Below are positions 48,389 to 58,739 of a stretch of DNA of 64,000 nucleotides, piece after piece. The stretch comes from Candidatus Multivoradales bacterium (lineage in GTDB: Bacteria; Acidobacteriota; Thermoanaerobaculia; Multivoradales; J023). The stretch is from NCBI GenBank assembly GCA_965248925.1, contig CBDFLE010000006.1, positions 3,328,001 to 3,392,000 of the forward strand, written 5' to 3'. Each line of letters starts with the position of its first letter. Positions within the stretch are counted from its first letter, which is position 1. The notes below the pieces were generated by a model. It made no database searches, was not told where the DNA came from, and saw only the letters and a list, made by a program, of their open reading frames with translations. The translations under genes were made by a program, and so were the position numbers.

Positions 48389-49520
48389 TTGTGGGCGCCG
48401 ATGCCTCCTGATCCCGGTAGTTGACCTTCAGATCGTCACTTTGGCGAGCCAAGTGAGGTCGGTTTGCCAAGAACGGCGCAACTTGACCTCGCGCTCGAAC
48501 ATAACTGGTGTTTTCCGCAGGAGTAGCGTGTAGGGGCTGCCGCTGCGGCGTGTGGTGTGGCCTACTGGCAGCTCGTGCTGGTCGAGCCTTTCATGCACAT
48601 GCCTTCGTCCTTGCTTGGCAAGTGGCCATTCGAGTTCCTGCCGCGATGGACTGGACAGAAAACGGCGGAGTTTGGCGCAGAGCCGACAGTGGCAATCTGT
48701 CGGTAGATCGATGGACCAATCACCCGGCTTGCGGGGAGCTGAAGTGAGCTGCGCCTTCAGCCGCCGTTGACAGATTTGCTGGATGGCGGTGAGGGCAGGG
48801 GAGGTCTTCCATTGGGTTGGTTTCTTCCGCCCAGCAGTCCGCAGTAGTTGCATCAAGCAAGGGTGCAGCGCCGCATTCTTCTTGAGGCGAAGAAAGGCCA
48901 CTACTTCGTTTCGTAGAGCTGCCGCCCCGCTGGCCGCGGCACCTTCGAGGATGCCGAGGATCGGCTTGGCGAGAGCCTTCACCTCACGCTCCTGGATGCT
49001 AGGTCTCATACCGCAGCGTAGAGTTTGCTGTATTTCCTTTCTCAACCATGCCCAGCGCTCTTCTAAGAGCAGCTTCGCACACCTTCGACCCCGAGTACTG
49101 ATGGCACCTAGGGACGCGCACAGGTGGGGTAGTGAGCCGAGCCAAGTAAGTGGGTTCCGTTGGCGGTAATCCTGCTGGGCGGCCCACTGTGAGAGTAGGG
49201 ACCTGGTCCAGTCTTCGCCATAGCCCTTGGCCAGCGCTATCCAAGCGGACGCACACCTCGCTCTGAGGTCCTCGACGCAGAAGGGTTCGAGGAGGCCAGT
49301 GGCCAACGCTGGGCTGGCCAGAGCCTCGGCGACTTGCAGAGTTTGATCGAAGAATCCACGACGTTTCTCGGCCGGGACGGTCTCTGCCCAGAAAGACATC
49401 AGAGAGGTGGCCAGATCCTGGGCCTCGGTGAGCTTGCCACGGCGCAGGTGCTGCCTCAGGCTTTGTAGGGCCCAGGCGGGCGGAATGTGTCAATGAGAAT
49501 GAGACACTTTCTTCTGGGAA

Positions 49521-50642
49521 TTAGTACGGAATCGGTAGTGGCTCCGGCACCATCGCTTTCAACGAGGGCGCGCAGGCAGGTGTCTCGCCTGGTGCGTCGT
49601 CGTCTACGCGGTGTGTCACCTCGTTCTCGGTATCGGCTGGGTCAGTGCTGGTGGTGGTGATCGGCGGGTTGATCCAGACCTCGCCACTGGGCTCCGGCAA
49701 AGCCGGCGTTCGCCGCTTGAAGCGGCTCGGATGAGCGGCTGAGGCGGCGGCGAGGACTTCTCGACGTTGCTCCAGCACTGAGGCCGTGAGGCCGTAGTGG
49801 ACGGTCTCTGGCGTCAACAAACCGAGTCCTGTGTGGTAGTGCTGCGTGTTGTACCAGCCGAGGAACGAGCGGCAGAACGCTCGTGCATCTTCCAGTGATC
49901 CGAAGCGGTCGGGAAAGCTCGGATGGTACTTGAGCGTCTTGAACTGGGCCTCAGAGAACGGATTGTCGTTGCTCGTGTAGGGCCGGTTCAGCGACCGTGT
50001 CATCCCGAGATCGGCCAGCAGTAGAGCCACTGGCTTGGATGTCATGCTCGAACCGCGGTCCGAGTGCAAGGTAAGTCGATCTCGCTCAACACCTTGCTTC
50101 TCAACACTGTCGGCGATCAACCGCTTCGCGAGTCCTCCGGACTCGCGGGAGGCGAGCATCCAGCCGACGATGTAGCGGCTGAAGACGTCCAGAATTACGT
50201 AAAGGTAGTAGTAGGTCCACTTCACCGGGCCCTTGAGCTTGGTGATGTCCCACGACCACACCTCGTTCGGCCCTGTGGCCAGCAGTTCGGGCTTGGTGTA
50301 GTTGGGATGACGCCGCTGACGGCGTCGCTCGCGCAGCTCGCCCTCAGACTCCAGGACCCGGTACATGGTGCGCACCGAGCAGATATGGCGCTGGTCCTCG
50401 TCCAGCAGCGCCGCCCAGACTTGACGCGGCGAGCGGTCGACGAAGCGCTCCGAGTGCAACACATCGAGGACCTCCTGGCGTTCAGCGGGCGTCAATGCCA
50501 GCGGCGGTCGACGCCGCGTCAATAGTCTCGGCCCTGCGCTCTGCTGCCGACGGCGGCGATAGAAAGTGGCTCTGGGGACCGCCAAGGCGACGCAGGCTGC
50601 TTGCACCCCCACCGTCAATGCCAGCGGCGCCACAGCGCTCAT
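49521..50642 (-). CDS. IS3 transposase OrfB (rve integrase core)
   Basis: WSWDITKL, LHSDRGSS, NDNPFSEAQFKTLK. Confidence 0.92.
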   Translation of the reverse strand: MSAVAPLALTVGVQAACVALAVPRATFYRRRRQQSAGPRLLTRRRPPLALTPAERQEVLDVLHSERFVDRSPRQVWAALLDEDQRHICSVRTMYRVLESEGELRERRRQRRHPNYTKPELLATGPNEVWSWDITKLKGPVKWTYYYLYVILDVFSRYIVGWMLASRESGGLAKRLIADSVEKQGVERDRLTLHSDRGSSMTSKPVALLLADLGMTRSLNRPYTSNDNPFSEAQFKTLKYHPSFPDRFGSLEDARAFCRSFLGWYNTQHYHTGLGLLTPETVHYGLTASVLEQRREVLAAASAAHPSRFKRRTPALPEPSGEVWINPPITTTSTDPADTENEVTHRVDDDAPGETPACAPSLKAMVPEPLPIPY

Positions 50643-51052
50643 GACTGGCTCTCGCTCGGCTCGATCCCTAGCAGTCGGGAAAGTTTTTTTTGGACATCGA
50701 TGATCGTCTCGGCTTTGTACAGCTGATGCTTGAGCCGGGCAATCTCACGCTCAAGCTCCGCGACGCGGCGGGCCTCAGCAGAGACCGACCGACGCTTACG
50801 ACCGCGCTTCTTCGACAAACCGGCCAGAGCACTGGCATCGCGTTGTTGGCGCCAATTCGATAGTAGAGATGAATACAGACCCTCCCGGCGAAGCAGGGCG
50901 CCAATCTCGCCGGGCTTGCTACACGCGTCGGCGGCCTGGACGATGCTCAGCTTGTACGACGCGCTGTACCGCCGCCGCTTCGCCTTCTCAGTTACCTCGG
51001 GATCTGGTCGGTCAGCACTCATATCTCGCAGCTCGTGGCTTGGACTCGCCAT
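50639..51052 (-). CDS. IS3 transposase OrfA
   Basis: RRRYSASYKL, GALLRREGLYSS, coiled coil, IDVQKK. Confidence 0.9.
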   Translation of the reverse strand: MASPSHELRDMSADRPDPEVTEKAKRRRYSASYKLSIVQAADACSKPGEIGALLRREGLYSSLLSNWRQQRDASALAGLSKKRGRKRRSVSAEARRVAELEREIARLKHQLYKAETIIDVQKKLSRLLGIEPSESQS

Positions 51053-52722
51053 GGTGTTTGCTCTCCACGCCCTCACTAATTTATCGGTACGGGAGTGTCT
51101 CACTTACATTGGCACAGAGGGGGCGACGCTTCGGCTCGCACGACGAAACTCTGCTGGCGCGGCCACAAAACGATGGCCGCTCGGCGATACCAGCGATCCA
51201 TAGTGTTGCCGGCATTGCCCGTGAATCCCTCGTACTCGGAGGTATGCGCTTCGAGGTCTGAGGATGGGGTGGTGGAGCACACTTCCTCGCTGCCGACGTT
51301 GGTGACGATGGGCACTTTCTGGGTTTGCGAGGAGTCGATCCAATGGGTCAGAGTGATTTCAGAATCGATCAGCTCGCCCAGTTCATAGACGTCCGGATCG
51401 TCGGTTGGCGGGTCGTCCTCGTACCAATCCTCATCCTCGTCGCGTTGCCAGCTGCGGTGCCTACGGTTCCTTCTGTCGTCCCAGTCGGAATCCATGCAGG
51501 TCCACGATTCGTGAACCTCGGCGAGGGCCAGTGCCGCTTCACAATCGCCGCTACCGGCTGCCTCTAGTAGGGCCTCCGCGCGTGCTCGATCATTGCCCTT
51601 GAGACGCTGCCAGCTAAGTCCCCGTTCGGTGTATTGGTGATCAAGAAGGTACACCAGCCGCAGCGGCGGCTCTCGCTGAGCCGCATCTTTCTGCCATTCC
51701 CAGCGCGGGGGGAGGGGGGTCTCGAAGTGCTCGCGCAGGTGTTGCAGCAGCTTTCGGGTCGGTCGGGTCGTTGAAGCAGCGCCTGCGAGTCGCAGCTTGG
51801 CTTCCTCGCCAACCAACATCAAGTTGTAGGTCAGGACGATTCGGTAGCCCTCCTTGACCGGCCGCACCTCATGTTGGCAATCAGCGTAGAAGGCGAGGAA
51901 CGATAGGTACTTCTTCGAGCCGCGGTAAGTGGCACTCTTGCCTTGATGCTCGATGATCATCGCGCCGCCCTTGAACGAGGAGGGCAGGGTTACGACCAGG
52001 GTGCCGACCATCTCGTCGGCTTTCTCCGAATCCTGATGGGGCAAGAAGAACTGGCCCGGAGCGTAGACCAGCATGGCGTGTAGCTCGGCTTTGAGCTGCA
52101 AATCTTCTGGAATCCCGAGGTCCATTCCCAGCTGCTCGAGGGTTGGTAGCAGAGTCTGCTTCCAGCGCCGCAGGTCGATCTTCACGCGGCTCTTGGGGAT
52201 CTCCCAAGTGTCCCGAACCTGCCGGTCGAGCAGAGTCTTCTTTCCTTGCCCGAAGCGTGCCGGCCGGCCGATCTGGCACAGCTGCTTGGCCTGCTGACGA
52301 GAAATCGGAAAGCGCAATCGTCCGACCCCCTTCACCTCCAGCCGCAGGTCCTCGGTTGGCCGAGATTGGCGAGCGCTGAAGCTGCCAGGAGTGTCGATCT
52401 TGCCGAGCAGATCGGCGATCAGTCCGCGGGTTGTAGTGGTCACGGGGAGGCTCCTGATTCTGTTACCAGTGAAGCTGTGATGGTGTCACATCGAGCTCCC
52501 GCTGTGCTTTGCGAAATGGAAGCAGGGCTGAAGCCGTCTTGCCGACCACTTTGGTGCAGAAGTCGACAGTAGACTTTTACAGGAAGGGCTATTCCCGATA
52601 CCATGGCAGCGCATCAGAGATATCCGTTTTCTGCATGAAGGTGGTTGGCGGCTACCGAGAATTCGTGAGTTCTAAGGGATGAAAGTTCAACGGGAGTCAC
52701 CGGCGCTCCGCCGGGGTCAATT

Positions 52723-55029
52723 TTGATCTGTACTTGGAGTCGTGGGCGAATGGTAGTTCTTGTCGTATTGGTCTTGTTGGCGGTTGTAATTGCAGGTGTT
52801 ATGGCCGCTGGCCAGGGGGAGAAGGCCCCTCCGAATGCCAGCTCTCGGCTCTTAAGCGAGCGAGAGGAGGGGCTCAGTATTCAAAGGACGGTCCCGAACT
52901 ATCGTCATCCGCCTTCGCACAAGCCACCATCGACCAGTCGCCAGTGCTGGCAGCCCCAAGATCGGGAGGTGGAGATCGGTAGCCATACGGTCAAGGGGGG
53001 GCTGATCTATGTCGGCACTAATCTCCCGAGCGTCTCTGAATGGCTTGGGACCGAGCCGGCGCTTATCGACCCGAGCCTTGCTCGTGACATCAGGAATCCG
53101 GACCACGGTGGTGCGGGAATGGCCTACTGGCCGGCCTATGAGTCGATTCACCCGCGCTGCCGATCGGCCTATCTCGCATGGCTCGAGGGGGGTAGAAGTG
53201 ACCCTGGAGCCTATATCGGATACGTATTTCTGTACTTCTATGGGCTAGAACGGCGAGCCTTGCACGACGCTGCGAACCGGTCTGCTGCCGACCGGGAATT
53301 GCCGCAGATCGAGACTGAAGTCCAACGGTTGCTCTCGGTCTACGGCCAGAATCGCTCCTTTCGTGGCTACGCTTTACAATTTCTGGAGATCCTGCGGCTG
53401 CGAGCCGGTGATTGGCAGCCAGAATCAGAGCCGCCGCAGGGGTTGGTCCACAATGAGCTTTCCCTCGCCTTCCGCTTGGCCGTGGGCCAGATGGCAACTG
53501 CGGGCTCTCCACTGCCGGCCAAATGGGCGTTGGCGTGGGCGAGGTGTGATGGGAATATCAATCTTAGAACTCCTGCCTATCGATGTGAGGAGGAATTCAA
53601 TAAAATATTTCAGATTTGCTATTTCGAGAAGCACGGTGAGGGTCTACGGCTGAAGAAATGTAAGCGGAAGATCTTGGCCAGATACCGTCCGGCCAGCCCT
53701 TCCTTCCGCGGCTCCATAACTGTAGAAACGCCTTATCCGGAGGTGACGAACCTGGTAGGGCCGCGCCGCAAAATACAGCAAGTGGCGCTGGCCTGCTGTG
53801 ATGCCTTAGACGCTTACAGCCGCTGGCTCGGCCGCAACAAGAACGGTCGCGGCTCCTTGTTGGCCGCGGCGCTGATGCCGCCTGAGCTGTTGGCCTCGCA
53901 CGCGCCGGAGGAGTTTTCTAGCCTGCGGAGTCTGCTCCAGCAGAGTGTAGGCGACCGGCCCGCCGCTCTACTGCCAGCGGTAGAGGTACTGGGCTGTTGG
54001 TTCGGCACTGGAGAGAACACCAAACTAACCAAGAGCCAAGCAGTGCAAGCCGCGCACCTTTTGGGCCGAGCTGGGTTTGGTTTCGAACCGGATGTTCGGT
54101 TCTGTGGCCAGAAACCTGAAAGTGCAGGCCAGGTCGTAGTCTTTCCGTTGGCCGGTGATGAGGGCGTCTGCCCCTCTCTAGAATACTTGGCCGCTGTCGT
54201 TCTGCTCCATCTTGCGGTGATGGTTTCGGCCGCTGATGGGGAGGTTGGCCTGGATGAGCAGCAGCATCTCAGGGACCATCTCGCGGGGGGTCTTGAACTC
54301 CAGCAGGCCGAGATTCGACGGTTGGGTGCCTACCTCGAATGGTTGTTGCTCTATCCTCCTGGGAGTCTGGGAGGTAAGAAGCGAATCGAGCATCTTGCAC
54401 CGCAACAGCGTGCGACTATCGGTGAGCTTTCGGTCGCCGTAGCCTGTGCGGACGGTCGCGTAGATCCCGACGAGATCAAAATGCTGACGAAGATCTTCCG
54501 GTTTCTCGGCCTCGACCCTGGAACCGTGCATGAGTGGCTGCACAGTTACCAAACTTCTGGTGACATCGGTCCCGTCCTGGTGACCTCAGGCAATCGTCAG
54601 TGTCATCCTGGCCACCCCTTGCCAACTCCCCTTGATGGCACCGCCCCAGGTGGAGCGGTCGTCCGGCTGGATCCTGCCCTGGTGGCGGCAAAACTGCGGG
54701 AATCGGAGAAAGCCGCGGTGACTTTGGCCGGCATCTTTGATGATGAGGATCAGGAAACTCCTGCGATACCGTTGCCGTCTACCGGGCCGGCAGGCGGCAC
54801 GGTCGAGGGTCTGGATGGAGCCCATTCAGCCCTCTTCCGGAGGCTGGCGAAGAGGGCATCGTGGCCGCGGTCAGACTACGAGGACCTCGCGGACGAACTC
54901 GGACTCCTACCGGATGGCGCTATAGATTTGCTGAACGACATAGCCTTTGAGCTGTGCGACGAGCCCTTCATTGAGGGCGATAATCCGTTGGAGATTAACG
55001 AGCTTGTAGCATTGGAGATACTCGAATGA
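52723..55029 (+). CDS. TerB_N + TerB-like + TerB_C domain protein
   Basis: YWPAYESI, YLAWL.GGR, IGYVFLYFYGLERR; AADGEV and ACADGRVDPDE TerB motifs; LLPDGAIDLLND. Confidence 0.88.
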   Translation: MICTWSRGRMVVLVVLVLLAVVIAGVMAAGQGEKAPPNASSRLLSEREEGLSIQRTVPNYRHPPSHKPPSTSRQCWQPQDREVEIGSHTVKGGLIYVGTNLPSVSEWLGTEPALIDPSLARDIRNPDHGGAGMAYWPAYESIHPRCRSAYLAWLEGGRSDPGAYIGYVFLYFYGLERRALHDAANRSAADRELPQIETEVQRLLSVYGQNRSFRGYALQFLEILRLRAGDWQPESEPPQGLVHNELSLAFRLAVGQMATAGSPLPAKWALAWARCDGNINLRTPAYRCEEEFNKIFQICYFEKHGEGLRLKKCKRKILARYRPASPSFRGSITVETPYPEVTNLVGPRRKIQQVALACCDALDAYSRWLGRNKNGRGSLLAAALMPPELLASHAPEEFSSLRSLLQQSVGDRPAALLPAVEVLGCWFGTGENTKLTKSQAVQAAHLLGRAGFGFEPDVRFCGQKPESAGQVVVFPLAGDEGVCPSLEYLAAVVLLHLAVMVSAADGEVGLDEQQHLRDHLAGGLELQQAEIRRLGAYLEWLLLYPPGSLGGKKRIEHLAPQQRATIGELSVAVACADGRVDPDEIKMLTKIFRFLGLDPGTVHEWLHSYQTSGDIGPVLVTSGNRQCHPGHPLPTPLDGTAPGGAVVRLDPALVAAKLRESEKAAVTLAGIFDDEDQETPAIPLPSTGPAGGTVEGLDGAHSALFRRLAKRASWPRSDYEDLADELGLLPDGAIDLLNDIAFELCDEPFIEGDNPLEINELVALEILE

Positions 55030-56435
55030 AGAGCACCAAGACCATCCGTCCGCGAGATCGTGATGCCATCCTGCAGAGTCTGCGGGCGGGGGTCGTGCCA
55101 CGACGCGGACATCGCCATATCCAGGTCGGCCGGCACCAAGAACTCGCCGCAATCGTACGCGATGTCGAGCGGATAGCCGACGCGGGCTCGGCGATCCGCT
55201 TCATCATCGGTCCTTTCGGCTCCGGCAAGACCTTCTTTCTCAGTCTGGTGCGCGCCGTCGGATTGCAGAAGAAATTGGTAGTCGTACACGCCGATATGGC
55301 ACCAGACCGCAGGCTTTTCTCGACCGGTGGCCAGGCCCGCCTTCTCTATGCCGAATTGATGCGCAATTTGGCAACTCGCTCTCGGCCCGACGGTGAGGCA
55401 CTGCCGGCGGTTGTCGAAAGGTTCGTCAGTTCGGCACTCAGCGAGGCGCGAGAGCGCGGTGTGCAGACACCGGTGGTGATTCAAGAGCGGCTGGAATCGC
55501 TTTCTGAGATGGTCGGTGGTTACGACTTTGCTCATGTCATCGGGGCCTATTGGCAGGCCCACGACAGCGGTGATACACAGCTTCAGACGCAGGCGATCCG
55601 CTGGTTACGGGGCGAATTCTCGACCCGGACAGATGCCCGCAAGGCCTTGGGCGTGCGAACCATTGTCGATGACCACAACGTCTACGACCAACTGAAGCTG
55701 ATGGCCCGGTTCGTGCGCCTGGCCGGATACGGTGGTCTGTTGGTCTGCATTGATGAGCTGATCAACCTCTATAAGCTGTCGAATAAACGGGCACGCGACT
55801 CAAACTTCGAGCAAATCCTGCGCATCCTTAACGACTGCCTCCAGGGGTCGGCGGCGGGGCTCGGGTTCATCTTCGGCGGGACGCCGGAGTTTCTCACCGA
55901 TACTCGCCGCGGTCTCTACAGCTACCAGGCTCTCCAGTCGCGGTTGGCGGAGAATACCTTTGCCACAGACGACCTGGTCGATTTGAGCGGCCCGGTGCTG
56001 CGCCTTGCGAATTTACTGCCGGAAGATATCTTCGTACTGCTCTCCAAGCTCCGGCATGTTTACGCCAGTGGTGATCCTGATCAGCATCTGGTGTCCGACG
56101 AGGGACTCAGCGCATTCATGGAGCATTGCTCGCGGCGGATCGGGGACCGATATTTCAGAACCCCCCGCAACACCATCAAGGAGTTCGTCAGTCTGCTGGC
56201 GGTTCTCGAACAGAATCCTGGGACCAGCTGGAACCAGCTGCTGCCGAATATTCGGGTTGAAGAAGAAGGCAATCCGGATCTGGCGCCGCTGCCGGAAGAT
56301 GTGGAAAAGGAGGACCCGTCCGAGCGTCAAGAGTCTGCGGCGGAAGTGACTCGGCCGGCGGAGCCGGCGACAGATGGCGGCACGGATGAGGAGTCTGCTG
56401 AAGCCGATGACGACCTGGCCTCGTTTCGGCTCTGA
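55026..56435 (+). CDS. DUF2791/BrxD-like P-loop ATPase
   Basis: SLRAGVVP, GPFGSGKT Walker A, LLVCIDE Walker B, YQALQSRL; ATGA-coupled to the TerB gene. Confidence 0.88.
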   Translation: MKSTKTIRPRDRDAILQSLRAGVVPRRGHRHIQVGRHQELAAIVRDVERIADAGSAIRFIIGPFGSGKTFFLSLVRAVGLQKKLVVVHADMAPDRRLFSTGGQARLLYAELMRNLATRSRPDGEALPAVVERFVSSALSEARERGVQTPVVIQERLESLSEMVGGYDFAHVIGAYWQAHDSGDTQLQTQAIRWLRGEFSTRTDARKALGVRTIVDDHNVYDQLKLMARFVRLAGYGGLLVCIDELINLYKLSNKRARDSNFEQILRILNDCLQGSAAGLGFIFGGTPEFLTDTRRGLYSYQALQSRLAENTFATDDLVDLSGPVLRLANLLPEDIFVLLSKLRHVYASGDPDQHLVSDEGLSAFMEHCSRRIGDRYFRTPRNTIKEFVSLLAVLEQNPGTSWNQLLPNIRVEEEGNPDLAPLPEDVEKEDPSERQESAAEVTRPAEPATDGGTDEESAEADDDLASFRL

Positions 56436-56447
56436 GGAACCTCTCCC

Positions 56448-58676
56448 ATGACCGAGGAACCTGCCTTCGCGGCTTTCGAGCTGCTCGACGATCGAGTGAA
56501 GCAGTGGATTGGGAATGCCGGTTGGACGGAGCTTCGTGACATTCAGGCCGCCGCGATTCGGAGCATTCTCCAGCTGCGAACGGATGTGATCATCGCCGCG
56601 GCAACGGCTACCGGCAAGACCGAGGCGGCTTTTCTACCGATCTGCTCCGCGCTGGTGGGTAAGGTCGGGAATAGGGGTATCCAGACCCTCTACGTCAGCC
56701 CCCTCAAGGCGCTGATCAATGACCAGTATCGCCGACTCACTGACCTTTGCCAGGGCTTGGAGATTCCGGTGCATCGCTGGCACGGGGATGTGCTGCCCGG
56801 TCACAAGAAGAAGGTCTTGGCGCGGCCGTCCGGGATTCTGCTGATCACCCCTGAGTCGCTGGAAGCTCTGCTCGTCCTTCGCGGGCACCTCATGGGGCGA
56901 TTCTTCGCTGCCCTTGACTGGGTGGTGATCGACGAACTCCATGCTTTCATCGGCACCGACCGCGGTCGCCAACTACAGTCGCTGCTACACCGGATCGAGT
57001 TGCGAGTGCGTCGCCGGATACCTCGCGTCGGACTGAGCGCTACGCTCGGTGATCTCACGTTCGCGGCTCGCTTTCTGCGTTCAGCCGATAGCCGGTCGGG
57101 TGGTCAGCAGGCGGTCGAAACGATCGTTTCTCGCAGCGAGGGCCAAGAGCTTCTGCTCCAGATTCGAGGCTACGTGGAGCCCGCGGCGCAACCCGAGGAC
57201 GCCCCTGCTCAGTCAGAAATTGAGGTCGGCGGCGTCGCGGGGATTGCCGACCACCTGTTTCGAACCCTTCGCGGCCAAGATCATCTGGTCTTTGCTAACA
57301 GTCGTGGCAATGTTGAGCAGTACGCCGATCTGCTGCGGCGACGCTCGACCGCTGAGCGCCTTGCGAACGAATTTTTCCCCCACCATGGCAACCTTTCGCG
57401 GGAGTTGCGCGAGGTGGTCGAGGAGCGTCTCAAGGACCCGACCGTCCCGACGACCGCCATTTGCACCTCGACTCTCGAACTCGGGATCGATATCGGACGC
57501 GTGGCGAGCATCGGCCAGATCGGCGCTCCTTTCTCGGTGGCGAGCCTGCGCCAACGGCTGGGCCGCTCTGGACGCCGAGACCAACCCGCGGCTCTTCGCA
57601 TCTATATCCATGAGCCGGAGGTCATGGCCCGAAGCCATTTGCTAGATCGTCTGCGCGCGGGCCTGGTGCAGGCCGTTGCCATGGCTGAGTTACTGATTGA
57701 GAAGTGGTGTGAGCCGTCGACCGAGGGCGCGCTCCATCTCTCGGCCCTGGTGCAACAAATTCTGTCCCTGGCTGCCGAACATGGAGGGGTGATTGCTCAG
57801 GATGCCTGGCGGGCACTGGTCGAGTCCGGACCGTTCGCCTCAGTGTCCTCGGCGCAGTTCCTTCGCTTGCTGCGCTGCATGGGTGCCGCGGATCTGCTGA
57901 TACAGTCGGCAGACGGCACCTTGCTGCCGGGCGAGAAGGGTGAGCGGATTGTCAACCATTTTACTTTCTATACGATTTTCCAGACGCCAGAAGAGTATCA
58001 GGTGCTTCATCAAGGACGTTCGCTAGGCACTTTGACGTTCGACCATCTGCTTGCCGAGGGACTCCACATCATCTTTGCCGGACGTCGCTGGAAAGTTGTT
58101 GGGGTCGACACAGAGCAGAAAGTTGTCTCGGTCGAGCCCTCTCCTGGTGGCCGCGTTCCGACCTTCCTCGGCAGTTCGGGCGGGAGGATCCACGACCGGA
58201 TCCGGACCAAGATGAGGGAGGTTTGGTCGGAGGGAGAGGTTCCTCGGTACCTCGACAAGGGTGCCAGAAAGTTGCTCTTGCAGGCTCGGGCCAAATACGC
58301 CGGGCTGGGACTGGGGGCGGATCGCCTGATTGCATCTGGAAAGGATACGATCGTTTTCCTCAGCCGGGGGGACACGATTATGAACACGGTTGCCCTCCAG
58401 CTCTTGGCACGACAGATGGAGGTCGCCCAGATAGGGCCCGCGCTTTCTATTAGCTCTGCAACGCCAGGAGAGGTGCGAAGAGTTCTGACCGCGATGGTCG
58501 ATGAAGGCCCTGCGGATCCCCTGGAACTCGCCAGCCATGCCAGCAATAAGCAGATCGGGAAATACGATTGGGTATTGGATGAGGAACTCTTGGATGCTGA
58601 GTATAGCGCGTCTTCGCTCGATCCGAATGCGGCCCATATTGCGTTATGTGAACTACTGGGTCCTGAGAGTGCATGA
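56448..58676 (+). CDS. Lhr-like DEAD/DEAH helicase (BrxHI-like)
   Basis: ATATGKT, PLKALIND, TPESLE, DELH, SAT, HHG, TSTLELGIDIG, QRLGRSGR. Confidence 0.92.
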   Translation: MTEEPAFAAFELLDDRVKQWIGNAGWTELRDIQAAAIRSILQLRTDVIIAAATATGKTEAAFLPICSALVGKVGNRGIQTLYVSPLKALINDQYRRLTDLCQGLEIPVHRWHGDVLPGHKKKVLARPSGILLITPESLEALLVLRGHLMGRFFAALDWVVIDELHAFIGTDRGRQLQSLLHRIELRVRRRIPRVGLSATLGDLTFAARFLRSADSRSGGQQAVETIVSRSEGQELLLQIRGYVEPAAQPEDAPAQSEIEVGGVAGIADHLFRTLRGQDHLVFANSRGNVEQYADLLRRRSTAERLANEFFPHHGNLSRELREVVEERLKDPTVPTTAICTSTLELGIDIGRVASIGQIGAPFSVASLRQRLGRSGRRDQPAALRIYIHEPEVMARSHLLDRLRAGLVQAVAMAELLIEKWCEPSTEGALHLSALVQQILSLAAEHGGVIAQDAWRALVESGPFASVSSAQFLRLLRCMGAADLLIQSADGTLLPGEKGERIVNHFTFYTIFQTPEEYQVLHQGRSLGTLTFDHLLAEGLHIIFAGRRWKVVGVDTEQKVVSVEPSPGGRVPTFLGSSGGRIHDRIRTKMREVWSEGEVPRYLDKGARKLLLQARAKYAGLGLGADRLIASGKDTIVFLSRGDTIMNTVALQLLARQMEVAQIGPALSISSATPGEVRRVLTAMVDEGPADPLELASHASNKQIGKYDWVLDEELLDAEYSASSLDPNAAHIALCELLGPESA

Positions 58677-58739
58677 GAGCTCCCGGGCAGCCGCCGCCAC
58701 CTGGGAGCATTCATGCGCTGCGTCACTCAGCCACTATTC

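Larger units (their letters stand above)
49481..51120 (-). mobile_element. IS3-family insertion sequence
   Basis: IRs TGTGTCAATGAGAATGAGACAC / rc TGTGCCAATGTAAGTGAGACAC; target duplication GGG (or GGGCG, ends ambiguous by 2 bp); A8 slippery site at 50684-50691. Confidence 0.9.
48428..52443 (-). pseudogene. 2OG-Fe(II) oxygenase-domain protein split by IS3
   Basis: FFLPHQDSEK (HxD), HEV, GYRIVLTYNL; removing the IS restores VRAEASP-AWALQSL in frame. Confidence 0.88.
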
